64,000 bases of DNA from Paramecium tetraurelia (GCA_000165425.1 CT868352.1:62001-126000); one strand, 5' to 3'; counted from the first letter of the stretch, positions 1 to 13,214 are shown. The notes: generated by a model from the sequence alone, not told the origin. A program made the numbers and translations.

Positions 1-930
1 CCAAAATAGCTTTTGGAGATCAAACCTTCACTGTTAATAATAAGATTTACACTGGAGGTCAAGGTACATTTATTGATTCCGGAGCTACTATTTCTTACAT
101 GGATCGTGAGATATATTCATAATTAGTGTAGTCCATCAAAGATCATTTTGAATTAAATAAAGCTCCAATAACAACTATACTTTAATCATAGGTTTGTTTT
201 AAATTCACTCAGGATGTTTTAGATTAATATTCGTATTTCCCTACGATAAAATTTATTTTCGATGATGATGTCGAAATATATTGGAAACCATAGGAATATC
301 TGAATATTCAAGAGAATTAGGTTTGCATAGGTGTAGAAAGATTATCAGATAGGGTTATTTTGGGGTAAAATTGGATGAGGAAAAAGGATATTCTCTTTGA
401 TTTGGATTAATAAGAGATCTCTGTTGTATCCGCAAATTGCACTTTGGATTATTTCAAATTGTAGGTCATAAATACTTCTGATGATTAAACAGGTCAATAA
501 AATCAGCCAGTTGTTAAAAATATTAGGTTACCAAGTCTGTTGAAATCAAGTATAAAAGAGGAAGAGGATGAGGAAGAGGTTGCTGAAGTGAAAGAGGATA
601 AGATTGCTGAAGAGGATAAAGATAATGATACTGTTGAGGAAGAATAAAAGGAGGAGGATGAGCATTCATGGCTGGAGATATTGTTTTACATTTTCATTGT
701 TGTTATTACATTAAAAGGTCTGATCTTCTTAGGACTTTACATTATGAAGAGATTGGGAGGGTATGTCTATTGTTTTTATGAACTTATTTAGTAATCTTTA
801 CAGTTATGAGTAAAAACATGAGAAATTTTAGAAATTAAATAACTAAATTCACATGGAAGATGAAGATGAAAAAGAATCTACAGAACATAAGATTGAGTTA
901 GTCATTCAATAAAGTGATATAATTGCTTGA
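1..930 (+). CDS. Membrane-anchored pepsin-like (A1) aspartyl protease, 5' truncated by the window edge
   Basis: Code-6 frame 3 reads GTFIDSGATISY (second catalytic D-S-G) and VILGQNWMRKKDILFD, then CT, an acidic stalk and a TM helix (WLEILFYIFIVVITLKGLIFLGLYIM). One 31-nt intron at 761-791; TGA at 928-930. Confidence 0.85.
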
Positions 931-975
931 GTTATTTAACTATAAAAGTATTTGATATAATTAATTTGTAATTCA

Positions 976-1561
976 ATGATACCTAATACAAAGAGAGATT
1001 TAGTCGCCATTGAATATTTATAGCAAAATGTGTATCCTGGATTGTAACCAGCACTAATGAAGGTAATAGGAATGATTAGATTAGTTAATTGATCATGTAG
1101 TCAAATCAGATGAGGTTCGAAAACATTAGGAAAGACTAAAAAAAATAAAAATATTTGACAAGATTGAATAGAAACGAGTTGAAAAGGAGAGACTCAAAGC
1201 TGAACTTGGATCTGAGTATGAATCTTCAGAAGGATCTGTTGATTTGGATGAGATGGGTATTAATCAATCAGAGTTTCATAAATATATGAGCAAAGATCAA
1301 AAGGAGATCCAGTCCCCTTTGCCCATGGATGAGCAAGCCTAACAGGGGGGAGTGGAGGAGTAGACTTCTTAGGAACTCAAAAAGGACACTTTATTGTCAT
1401 TGGGAGAAATAAGGGAAGATCAAGAGGATGAGGATCAAGCAGATAAACATGAGTTGGAGAAAATGAAACAATACCTTCGATAACAAAGAGAAGAAATGTC
1501 ATTCAATCCTTTGCTTTTTCTAGCTCAATAGATTAGGGATATGATTGCTGCAAACAATTGA
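976..1561 (+). CDS. Protein with a split Dpy-30/RIIa-like dimerization-docking motif
   Basis: MIPNTKRDLVAIEYLQQNVYPGLQPALMK|LIDHV at the N-terminus and FNPLLFLAQQIRDM at the C-terminus, separated by a charged/acidic insert. One 22-nt intron. Confidence 0.7.
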
Positions 1562-1644
1562 GTAAAACAGATATATAAAATGTTTTTAATTATGATTAAA
1601 CATTATAAAACTAAGATTTTCAGGGACTTTATATTATAATTTTT

Positions 1645-2509
1645 ATGACTGAAAAGAAAACTACAGGTGATTATAATCGCTTACAGAACAGAAACAATCA
1701 ATTTAAAAAATGTTCTGATTGTCTAAATAATACTATCTCTAAAAATCCAATTGCAAACATCTTCTTAAAAATGGAATAAGCGTAATCCTATTTTTCAATC
1801 CTAGATTATGTTCCAGTTGCATCAACACCAATCTCTATGTTGTACCCAAAACTTAAGAATTTTCAGGAGCAGAAACATTCCCGTTTACTATCTATAGAAA
1901 AATATTATGCAAATTACATAAACACGAATAAAGATTGAAGTGTAAAGAATGCTCTATTTATTTAAACGAAAAAAATTATGCAAAGTGTCCTTTTTGTGAG
2001 TTTAGCATATTCAAAAGAAATTTGAAAAAATGGAGTATGTAATTTGTCTTGTCATATAATATAGCTTATACCCAATTCACAAATGTGAAGTTTGTAATCA
2101 TTATTAATGTCTAAAATGCTAGTCAGTTCCTGGAATCATGGGCAATGATGCCATTGAATGCTACACCTGTTCAGAGAGGAAGTAAGATTAATACTTCCAT
2201 GTAAAACACACAATCAAATAAATGAATACTTTTCAAGGTATACAATTTTTAATCACTATCCTTTGCGTTGCCATTTTCACTCCCATCCAGATCATGGGCA
2301 AAACTACTTCTATTACAAAGCAAATCATCGACTGGTAACCCTTATCGTAAGTCACTCCCAGACAATACTTGTTTAAACTAACCTATACTGTTATAGTCGG
2401 ACCATTCTTGTGGTTATGGATATATCTAAGATACTTTTTTATTTTGTTTTGGGAAAGCTACTCCGACAACGTTCGACTCTTATATCGGTAAATGATCCCT
2501 TAACCTTGA
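1645..2509 (+). CDS. Cys-rich zinc-finger (IBR/RING2-like) protein with C-terminal TM segments
   Basis: CSDC, CSSC, CKEC, KCPFC and HKCEVCNHYQCLKC..CYTC, followed by hydrophobic helices. Two tiny introns restore the frame; TGA at 2507-2509. Confidence 0.65.
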
Positions 2510-2544
2510 TTGCTATTGATATACATTATTTAGATATTATAACA

Positions 2545-3176
2545 TCAATAAAACTCAGAATAATTGGAAAAGACATCACTCTCTTTCTCGACGGATTCAT
2601 CAATAGAATTTTCATTCTACTTTTCCTTATTGGCTGCATTCTCATCAAAACTAAAAACTTTCACCTTTTTTCTAAACTTAGAAAACAGTTCATCACTCAC
2701 AAAATTCTCATATTAACTTCATTTTTACTTTTCTAACTTCAATTAAATATTTAAAATATTTATGATTCCTCTCCTTCCTCAGAGCTCTAACTTCCGATAT
2801 TGTAAACTTCCTCTCCTTTTAAAATTGTTAATCCTCTAATTTTAAAAACACTTCATCTTCTGAAGGCTTTAATTGCTAAATTCTTTTATATTAATTAAAA
2901 ATTGCTTCCAATTGACTGCTCTTAGGATAAGGCTTGTGTAATTAAAGAATTTTCTTACTTTTAGCTTAACCATTTTTAAATCTTCCTCGGGATCTAAAAT
3001 TACATATACATGGTACTTATTGTAAAAAAATGCTACTTTCTTATATCTCTATCTAAGTTTGCTTTCTATGCAACCCCAACTGGATTTACATCTTATTCAT
3101 CCTACTCAACAATTTCATCTTAAATCCTTTACTATTAATCATCCTCTTAATCATCAGGAGTACCACTTTCAGACAT
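2545..3176 (-). CDS. Hypothetical charged protein (exon structure uncertain)
   Basis: MSESGTPDDQEDDQQQRIQDEIVE... ending SDVFSNYSEFY*. Purine-rich coding-like minus strand. Needs 2-3 tiny introns and I could not resolve one junction. Confidence 0.45.
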
Positions 3177-3660
3177 TATTTTAATATTATAAATTTATAG
3201 AATTGTATTACTTTTAATTATAGTTTAAGGCATTATTAGAAACGCAATTCACTATTTATTTGAGAACATGGAAAAGATAGAGGAATGGGCTAATTAATAA
3301 ATGTGATACGCCAATTGTGACCTATTTCAATTTGCATGATAAATTCAATATTGAATCTAGTCGCAACATATTCATTATTCTATTATACTTTGCAAATTAT
3401 AATTAAGAAATTATGATATTGTTAATCAAAATGGGAAATAAATATATTCCTAAACTTACTCTTATCAGATATTTTATAGTTATGTGAGATACAGATGGGA
3501 TTGAAAATAATATAACGCCAAGATTATCGAGAGATATTCTTAAAATTAAATTTCCAATAATTAATCTATTATCAAATGAATTTTATAAGAATATCATTAA
3601 ATGTATTTCTCACAACATTTAATAGAAATAGAAATAATATTAAATATTATATAAAACAGG

Positions 3661-6044
3661 ATGATACAAAATGGCGAGACCAAATACATTGTGAAATATG
3701 AGGATGGCTCTGTGGAGGAAATTGTATGCGAACCATTCTAAATAAAAAAAGTGATTAGCAAGTAATTTCTTGTGCCGTATGAGAACATTGTGCTAATAAA
3801 TGCAGATAATTATAGAATGTATTCAGCTACAAATAGCTATTTTCAATTTAAAAATAATACCATTCATTTAAATGTTATGGATATTAATCAGATTTTAAAA
3901 GAAAACTTGAACTCCAAAAAGAAAATTTATGAACTTTAGAATAATGAAGAGGATTTGCGTAAAGAATTGGTGCAAATACAAGAATCAAATATATAAAGCA
4001 ATATGCAAATGAAGAAATTGAAGGGCAATGATTAATCCATTTTGATATAGAAAGACTAGAATTTTATAGAGTTGTAGAGGATGGATCAGTAATACAAGGA
4101 GAAATTGGTGACTCAATAGATGTTGTATGAATAAAAGATTACATAAATTAATCAAAATAAAGAATAATTATAATAAGAAAATGAGAGTCTACAGAGAAAG
4201 ATATAGGAGTTAAACTAGATTACATAAAAATAAGAAAGACAATTTTAATAATAGAAGTAGACGTTATAACAAGAAGGGAATAACAAATTAAATTACAATC
4301 ACTAAATTTATGAGACTTAGATAGAGAAACTTTATGAAGAAATATCGAATCTGTAAAATTAGATCTTTAAAAAAAATCACTAGATCTAGTAACTAGAAAA
4401 TGAGATTCAAGAAAATAAATCTAATTACATTCTTAAATTTGAAGGGTTGGAAAATGAATATCGGAATTTGGAAAGCTATTACAAAAGAAAATTGTTAATA
4501 TTGGAATAAGGAATAAACGATATCAACTAAAGCACCGATTTATCTGATAATAATCTCATGATAAAAAATTATTGTAATGATGCTCTTCGAGAATTAGAAT
4601 ATATTAAGAAGGATATCGATAATTAGGAGAAAAATCGTAATTAAGAAATGCAAACAAAATTGAAAATTCAGAATGATGAATTACAATAGAAGGTTGAAAA
4701 ATTATAATAATAAATAAAGGCTGTTTAAAATGAATTAACAAACACCTAAAGTGATTAGCATTTTTTATAATAAAAGAATTAAATTGAAATTGATAAGTTG
4801 AACGCTGAATTAAATAAAGCAAAGAAGGGGTTAGATTAAAGATAAGATGAAATTAATTAATATTTATTAATTATTGATCAATTAAAATCTGAAACTAAAG
4901 AACTTAATAATGATAATGAAAATTATGAGTGTAATATCCAAAAGTTACAATAGGCCAAAATAAAATTGTAAGCTGATATAGAAGAATGGGAATAAAAATA
5001 TAGATTACAACACAGTAAACTTTTATAATCAGAATAAACGGTAATTACAAAGGTTGGTGAGATTAAAGTTTTAGAATCTGCTCTTGAGAAATAGAAAATG
5101 TAATGTAATAAAATGAACTAAAAGATTATTAGACTCTCAGAGATATTGAAATAGATTAATAATAAAAATTTAGGAAAAGGTTTGGAGAAAGTTGTTTCTC
5201 CTGTCGGCTAACTCCTAAATTCAAGATATGGACTTGTAAAGTTTAGGGACAATCCAAATTGCTAGAGTGATGAAACTGATTATTTGGCTTACAGAATCAA
5301 ACCATCAAATAACTTTTTATAATCAATTAAAAGAGGATCATTCGTTAATTTGGAATAGTTGTTAGATGTAGAACTTCTGGGTGAGGTCAAAACTATTAGA
5401 AGTATCCAACCAAATGAAGAGGGAGATTTAATGAAAGTTTATATTATAAAGATAGAGAATACATAAATCAATGAACTAAAAAATCGATATTTAATTAGAA
5501 AGGATTTATCAAAGGGTTAAAATTATGATAATAAACTCAATGCTGCCGCACTCAGCTTGAATAACATAATTACTTAAGTGTTCTTGGATTAATTTGTGAA
5601 AGATTTGGCTAAGTTATCAATAAAACCATTGAATTTTTCTATTGCTCCATAATATGTGCTTTAATAAAAAGGTAATTAATTGCTTATCAGTTAGGAAAGG
5701 AGTTATATTATTACTGTGAAGAGATTATAGAATTTAAAATCAAACAAATAAATGGAGGAGAGCAAAACCTTGGAAGCAGTAAAGAAGAACAATTTTTAAA
5801 TTCTTTTTGTAAATACTCACACATGTTGAGTCAATAGGAATTATTTATTACCTATATAAATACTGTAAAGTAATATTTGTATGATATGATTGTGACAACT
5901 GAGTTTGGTTGTTTTTCTGAAATTGATTAGGGTAAGGATGAATATATAAGGGCTTAAGATGCAATTGAGTCTGCGAATGCAAGTAATTTTGGGGAGTTCT
6001 ATAATTAAAAATTGGAATTGAAAGCTTTAGAATTTATCTAATGA
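3661..6044 (+). CDS. Long coiled-coil protein with a C-terminal degenerate alpha-kinase-like domain
   Basis: Open code-6 frame with one intron (~5672-5694). About 400 aa of E/Q/K heptads, then YYYCEEII..KQINGG...FLNSFCKYS...LFITYINTVKQYLYDMIVTT..CFSEIDQG. Confidence 0.75.
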
Positions 6045-6106
6045 TTAGAAAGATTTTTACATAATACAATCCCAATATCGTTTTTATTATTTATTATAAT
6101 TTAAAA

Positions 6107-6402
6107 ATGAAAGTTTGCGTTTTCATTTTGATTATTGGATTAGTTCTCTGTAACTAACTTAATGGACAGAACAATCTTAGATAGGATTATTAGTTTGCTC
6201 CATGGAGTTTGGATTGCACTAATAGATGTTAAAGTGCAGGAGGAGTTGTTTGCGGATATGAAACATAAGTTTGTTGCAAATCAGTATAGACATCAAAGTA
6301 TTCTGATAGGGTAGATGTTAAAAAGGCTGGAAATCTGAGTCATGCGGTACTTGGGATAGAATACATGTTCTAAATTGCGTTCCAGGACCTAGCAGCAAAT
6401 GA
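6107..6402 (+). CDS. Small secreted cysteine-rich peptide precursor (89 aa)
   Basis: MKVCVFILIIGLVLC signal peptide, then ...WSLDCTNRCQSAGGVVCGYETQVCCKS|GRCQKGWKSESCGTWDRIHVLNCVPGPSSK*. One 26-nt intron. Confidence 0.8.
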
Positions 6403-6425
6403 TATAAAAAATATTATTATTAATA

Positions 6426-7869
6426 TCAGCAATTTTATATTGATATTTCAAAGTCTTGCTAGTTGTAACAAACTTTCTAATGTTAAATTATCCGTCATTT
6501 CCAAGTCTTTCTTGTATAAGGAAATTACAATTTAGCAAAAAAAATTTAAACTCATGAGCTAAGCTTCATTTATAGTATCAACAATCATTTGTTCTAAGTA
6601 TTTCACTAATATTTATGATAGTTTTCTTTTTAAAGCTGTTTCACTTTTGAATTTGTGAAACTTTCTTTTCTAAAGTATTCTTTATAAGTATAATTGATTG
6701 ATTTTTTAATCTAATTATGAATTTATCGGCAGGAATTCCCTTAATTGATGGGTTTTAGTTAGAGTTAAATCCAAAACATATTTATTAATTTATTCAAGAT
6801 TTAATTCACCTTGTAGTTAAGAAATTAATTCGTAATTTTTGACTAACCTTTCCAATTCATTGATTTCTGGACGATTTAAATGACAGAAGTAAGGTTTCAT
6901 TAGATCATACTCTATGACTTATTCCCAATTACATCTATCTTTTTCTTCATATTACAACATATGTCTTATTAACTTTTACAACCCCTCCGAAACCTTATTA
7001 GAAAATTTGATATTATTCCTTATCGATTCTTGTGCTTTTTTCAAATCTTCTATTGAACTCAATTCAGTTTTCCAAGGAAATACTCCTTCAACTAATTAAT
7101 AAAGAATCATTCCTACGCCCCAAACATCATTTTTTTCTAAATCATACCTACCTTGTTTTAAATTTTGAGGCGACATATATATTGGAGAACCTTTGTAGGG
7201 TGTAATAGTTGGTCTATCCATAAACCTAGCCATTCCAAAATCTATTAACTTTGGAACACCGTCTGAGAACATTATGTTATCTGGTTTGATATCTCTATGA
7301 ACTGCTCCTGATTTTCCATCATAACTTAATTATTTCATATAGATTAGAGCATCTATTATTTATTGCATTACATCTAATGCTTACTCTAAAAATATGATTA
7401 CTTTTTTACCTTCTGGGAATATTTTGGTACTCATTAAGTCATCTTCATATCCTAAACTCATCTTTTTGGCTAGGGATTCTCCATTACAATATTCCATGAA
7501 CATATAAAAATTGTTATTACTATATGAACATTCATAAAATTTCACTATGTTTTTATGCACCAATTATCTCCCAAATATTAACTCTTAATGTAAGTTATCA
7601 AATAGTGATTACTATAAATTTACATTATCAGAATTACGTTATAAGATGGAATTGGGAACTTCTTCACACAGCATTCTTGTTGCTTGTCTGTGTTATATGC
7701 GATATAGCCTTTAAAGATCTCTCCATTGTTTCCAGCATCAGGGTCAATTTATTAACTGGGGATATAGACCAAACCTTTATCAATATTCAAATATATGATG
7801 TTGTTGGCAGCAACTGTTTTAAACAATTCCTAATCTACTTTTTTCATTTTTATTAATATATTATTTCAT
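6426..7869 (-). CDS. Ser/Thr protein kinase
   Basis: HKNIVKFYE..YMFMEYCNG, VHRDIKPDNIM, IDFGMAR, GSPIYMSPQ, DVWGVGMILY. The Gly-loop is atypical (PDAGNNGEIFKG). Confidence 0.9.
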
Positions 7870-7925
7870 AAAATCATCTTTTAAAATAAAAAATATAGAA
7901 CTAATTCTATTATATGTTAAATAAT

Positions 7926-10889
7926 TCAATTCCATTTTATACCTAGTGCTTTCAAGAATTCTACTCCTTTGTTAATGTTGGGTTCAGATAAAAACTTAGA
8001 TTCAATAGTTCTTATTTCATTATATCCTTAATCCATTTTATCCAAAAAGCCATCATAAGTTGAAACCATAGGATCATATATCTGATTCTTTACTCCTTGC
8101 ATATGAGAAATGCATAGCTATCTTTAACTCTTTACAATGGAGTAATATGTGAACGCAGATAAGAATTTACCTTCAGGACTACTATCAAATTTCAAATGTC
8201 CTCCATTGTATTTTAAGAAATCTGGTTTTACTTCAATTTCCTAGATGGCGTAACACTATTTTATTATATGTAAATATTACAAGTTTTTATGGCATTTCTT
8301 TCATATTCCCTCCAATAAAGTCAACAAAATGACTCAGCTGTTTTCTAATTGTTTCTGGGTTAAACTTTTTATAGATGTCCTCAAGTTTCTTATCCTTGAT
8401 AATTTCCAAATATGCTTTAATAATGTTTCCATCTTTAGGTTGCTTTTTATCCAACTAATACTCTCTAGTATAATCGTAAAAATCATTGGATTACTCGCCA
8501 TCCAAAGCTTCAACAAATTCTACGAAATTTTTTATGCCCTCATTTTAAAGCACAAGTTATTACCCTTTAATTTATTCTTATAGATATTGCTTAAAACTCT
8601 TTTTTGCTTCAATAATATACTAATCTCTAAATTTGAAGTCAAATTCTATTTTCACTTTTTTTTCAGTTAATTCCTACACAAATTGCCTCATGAATTCTTA
8701 AGCAATGACTGTAGACATACAATTGTCAGTTGCTGTTTCTAGTGTCTCTAAATCCTCAAGATCTTATTTCTTAAATTGTTTTATGCCAAAGATTTTGCCT
8801 TCAAGCTTTTTATTATCAGGACATTTTTAGCATTTGAAAAAGAAGTATCGATCTAAAGATTAATCGCTTGACTTAACAGGAGCGAAACATTGAATACCAG
8901 TCATATCTCCAATAGGAACAATTTTTACACATTACCTGTAATCCTAATCACTGATATTATATAGGGTTTTTTCTGCTTTTTGTTGTAATATCTGAACATG
9001 ACTCAACTTAAACTCTAGTTCTTAACACTATGCTTAATTAGTTTTTAGAAAAGCCTCCGGATTTACTTTGTCAAACATCATAGTCTCAATCGCAAATTCA
9101 ATATCTTTACTATATTCTCTTGGTACTTATTCGACCAATCGTTATATTCTAAATTAATAAGCAGGCACAGCAGCTGAATTCTATATTGCTACAAGTTCTT
9201 AATCCTTCTGTAACATCATTATATCGGCTTCGCCAATCACTTTTTAAAGATTCTATCTCTCTTTTACTGCTTCTTCCTCAACTTCTCGTTTCTCTTTCAT
9301 TATTTTGGCCAAATCTTATTATACTTTTTCATTTTCCTTTTATAAATTCTTTATTTTATTTTTTAATTCTTCTTCAACTTCTTCTTGCTTTTTGATGAAT
9401 CCCTAGAGTTCTTGATCTTTCTTATTTAAAATGTTCTAATATTCTAACTTTTATTCTTCTATTTTCTCATTTTTTTAAGTCAACTCTCTTTTGGACTCTT
9501 CCTAGACTGATTTCAATTTATCTTCTAGATTAGTTGCTTTAAACTCTAAATCTCTATAAAGATTTTGGGAATTATTAAGATTTTATGTTATATTGGTATT
9601 TTTTGCTTAAAGCACATCGATTTCTTCACTTAATCTCTCATTTTAATCTTTTAATTCTTGAATTTATCTTAATAACAATTGGATCTCTTCTTCTTTCACT
9701 TATCCGGTGTTTTACTTTTACTAAATTTCTCTTTCCATTTCATCATTCTGATATTTGTATTTTAGTTCTAAACTCTTGCATTTTTGATTAGCTTTATCCA
9801 ATTATTCCTTTATTATATTAATCTCTTGTGATTTACCATCTTCTAATTATCGCTTTTGTTATGCAAGTTTAGCTTCTGTTTCCCTTACCTAATTTCTTAA
9901 TCTAGTTATTTATGAATCTAAACTCTATTTTTCATTTTATAATGAATCTATTTCCAACTTCTTAGTCTATTCCTCATCATCTAATTTCTTTTTTAATTTC
10001 TTCACTTCTACCTCTAAATCTTATTTTTTTTTGGTTATATCATAATTCTCTTATTCTCTTAATTTTTTTTCAGAATCTAATTAAACAAAGTATTATTGCC
10101 ATTATTACATCTATGCCAACATTTAGTTATTGCAAGCTTCTTAAATTGAAGTGACTTTCATTCTTTCTTACTTCAATTAAGTGATCAAATTTTAAATGTA
10201 AGCATCTTATTACATACCCTAATTAGTTAATTCTTAAATTTTAGTGTCTTTTGCTACCAATTATTTTTCCATATCTTGTTTCCACACTTCTAGTTTCGAA
10301 TTTGCTTATTTTAAATCATATCTTGCGCGTTCTAGATCTTATAATTATTCCTTTATTTTATTTTGTGCTTCTGATAGTTTTGGATCAATTTCTTTTATTT
10401 TCTAATTGAATTCATTTATTTTTTAATTAAGTTCATTAATTATTTTATCTGATTGAGTTTTATTTGTTTCTGAATTCTTCGCATCTTAATCTAGTTTGGC
10501 TTTAATATCATTAATTTCTTCCTTAGCTTTCTTATATTATTCTTACAAATTTTTATTTTCTTCCTTTGATTAATTTATTTCTTAGTCCTTTTGTTAAATT
10601 ATGGCTATTGCTTCTTGTATATTGAATAATTTATAAGTGCAATTTTGTTCCAACCTATTGTATGAAAAGGAGAAAATTACTTATCAATGAATTTGCTAAT
10701 CAGTTTTTTCGTTTTTAAATCAAGTACTGCAATGAATTCATCGGGACATGGTAATCTCAACTCTAAAATAAAATAGAGAAATTTACATTTTGAAATATTT
10801 CTATAAAAAACTAAGTTATTGTTTTGAATTTTAATATTTTAAATGTTCCCGTCTGGTAATAGAAACCCTATATCTTGATTTTAATTCAT
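7926..10889 (-). CDS. Long coiled-coil protein with a C-terminal degenerate alpha-kinase-like domain (paralogue of 3661-6044)
   Basis: MNQNQDIGFLLPDGNIQ..., extensive heptads, KIFGIKQF, then FLKYNGG...FLSAFTYYS...LCISHMQGVKNQIYDPMVST...KMDQG...KALGIKWN*. Confidence 0.78.
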
Positions 10890-11288
10890 TATTTTTAATA
10901 TTATTTGAAGATTAAATAAATATATTAAAAAGAGGCCCAAATTCTATTATAAAAAAAATTAGGTTAGGATGATTTAATCATTTTTATATTTTTCAAAGCA
11001 ACCAGTTTAGGGTAAATCTAAGGCAAAAATAAATTATCAACTCTTTTTTCAAATAATGTTATTGCATTCTAACCAATATAAATGAGACTCTAAATTGGCA
11101 TTCAACTTAATTCTTCAAAAGTTTGCTAGCTTAGACCCTTGTATTAGATTTGGCAGCTATTCAATATCAGAAACAATAAGATTGTTTTATTCATTTTTTC
11201 TCCTTCAAACAGTTTAATTTTCTGTTATCTGATTGATAATGATAAAAACAATTAATAAATAAATTATATTATATGTCTTTCATATATA

Positions 11289-12174
11289 TCAGAATGATCT
11301 AAAATTTTTATCGATTTTAATGCAGGCGTCTTCCAATAATTTCAACAAAGCCTCTGTTGTAGCCTCTCTTTCTCTTCTCTCAAAACTGATATCTTATTGT
11401 AGCTTTCCATGAACGTCTTCAATCATTCTGAATATTTTGCCTTAAGTTTCTTCTCTAACCTTCTTCTCAATAAGCAATTAATCTGAGAATTTGTTAATTT
11501 CAGTATCAATTTATTCAGTTAAAGATTCTGCTGATTCCTCTCTATAGATTGTATAAAAATCAGTACCTTGATCTTCTTTCTTAATCTAATTAATTTTTGA
11601 CTAATTGGACTTACTAGAGAACTTCAGCAATTTTGGCTTGACTTCTATCCTCATATTAATGAGTGTTTCTAGTGATGGTAAGTGTGATTTAGGCAAATCT
11701 TTCGTCAATTTATTTTTATAGCTTGGTCTCTGCCTACCCTCTAGCGTTTCTTTCTTGGTCAAAAGATAGGCCGACATTATCTGAAAGTGTTCTAAAATCC
11801 TTCTCTTTTTTGTCATCAAATGCCTAATTAGTTGAAAACTATACTTCTCTTTCTGATTTTTGGTTGTGTGCTTAATCTTATAATTTCAAGACTTAATCCT
11901 TCAAGACCTTAAATCTTTGTTCATCTTTTGGTTTCTCTGAGGCTAAAACATCTTCAATGATTTTGATTCTCTCCTCTAACACTTCCCTTTTTTCAAGTTT
12001 GTCTTTGTCAATTCCATTCTAAATGTGATTCCATTTATCAGAAAGTAATTTGATTCTCTACCTGGATGGAGAATCCAAATCTTAACTGAGATAATTAATT
12101 GTTGATCTTTTTGGACTAGACAATTAGGAGGAGGAGAGTTTGGATGTTGCGAGCTTGGACGTAGATAAGAGCAT
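11289..12174 (-). CDS. SF-assemblin / striated (kinetodesmal) fibre family protein
   Basis: Ser/Pro-rich head (MLLSTSKL...SPSRQRIKLLSDKWNHIQNGI), a segmented coiled coil, and the typical end EREATTEALLKLLEDACIKI. Confidence 0.85.
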
Positions 12175-12377
12175 AGGGGATTGATGATATTTGTAAAAAT
12201 AAATTTATTTACGATTTATTTATCATTAATATCAATAGTATATCAATCTGATTTATTCTAGGACCAAGTTTTGTAAATCTCAATTTCTGAGCATTAATTC
12301 ATGCACACTTTTAAGAAACAAAGAAAGAAAAGGACTAAGACTTTAATCAATGTTACAAACTTCTATATATAATTTAT

Positions 12378-13148
12378 TCATTTGATTTTTAGGATCCAAG
12401 TACCACTGTAAGTTAAATCATTTTCGAATCCATCATAATGCCATTATCCACTAAAAGCCTTTACTTCTTCATCGAATTCTCCCAAGTAGATGAGATGTTC
12501 CCACAATCCTGATTATCTTGCTTCTTGTTATTCTTCATAATCCTTCACAAACCAAATTTTAAGTTAATTGTTAAAATCAATAATCGTAACTCCATTGCCA
12601 CTCCATGTGCCATACTTGTCATTTCCCAAGAGAGAAATTGATATGTATTACTCTTTCTCGTTGATTCGACATAATATTTGCACATCCTCTTCTTTGTGGA
12701 GCTTCCCATTTTAAGTAAAGATCAATTCATTTTTCGATTAGTTTAGCATTTTAGCCACCTTCCTTAATCGATTCAAAAGAACATTACTGTTTTTTATTAG
12801 GATGGCATTATTTAAAATTGACTCCATCATTATAGTCCTTCTGTTTAGGACACAGCGAAACAATCTTAGGACTTACTTGCGCTTCCAAATAATAAATAAG
12901 ATGAACATGAATCCTAGGACAATAAAAGTTATGCTTATTATCTGAATTATTGGTTATTCTTTCTCGATTTTACAGTCATTAAAGCATCGATCATAGTCAC
13001 TGTTATTTTTACATTAATCTTTGCAACTCTTCCCTTTTGAAGAGTCATCGAAAACATTTTGAGATTTTGACGTATTTGCTTCACTTCCAAATACGAATGG
13101 AAGTAGTGAAAAGTAAAGAACACATTTTATATAATCAATTTAAGACAT
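12378..13148 (-). CDS. Single-pass membrane protein: signal peptide, short CX3C-X8-CX3C ectodomain, beta-rich cytosolic domain
   Basis: Intronless 256-aa ORF with CKDQCKNNSDYDRCFNDC, TM IIQIISITFIVLGFMFILFIIW, and C-terminal GNDKYGTWSGNG..IWFVKDY..YLGEF..FSGQWHY..YSGTWILKIK*. Confidence 0.75.
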
Positions 13149-13214
13149 AATTTAAATAAAGAAGGAGCATCTTGCCATGAATTCATAACATAAAATATTG
13201 AACAATTACAACAT

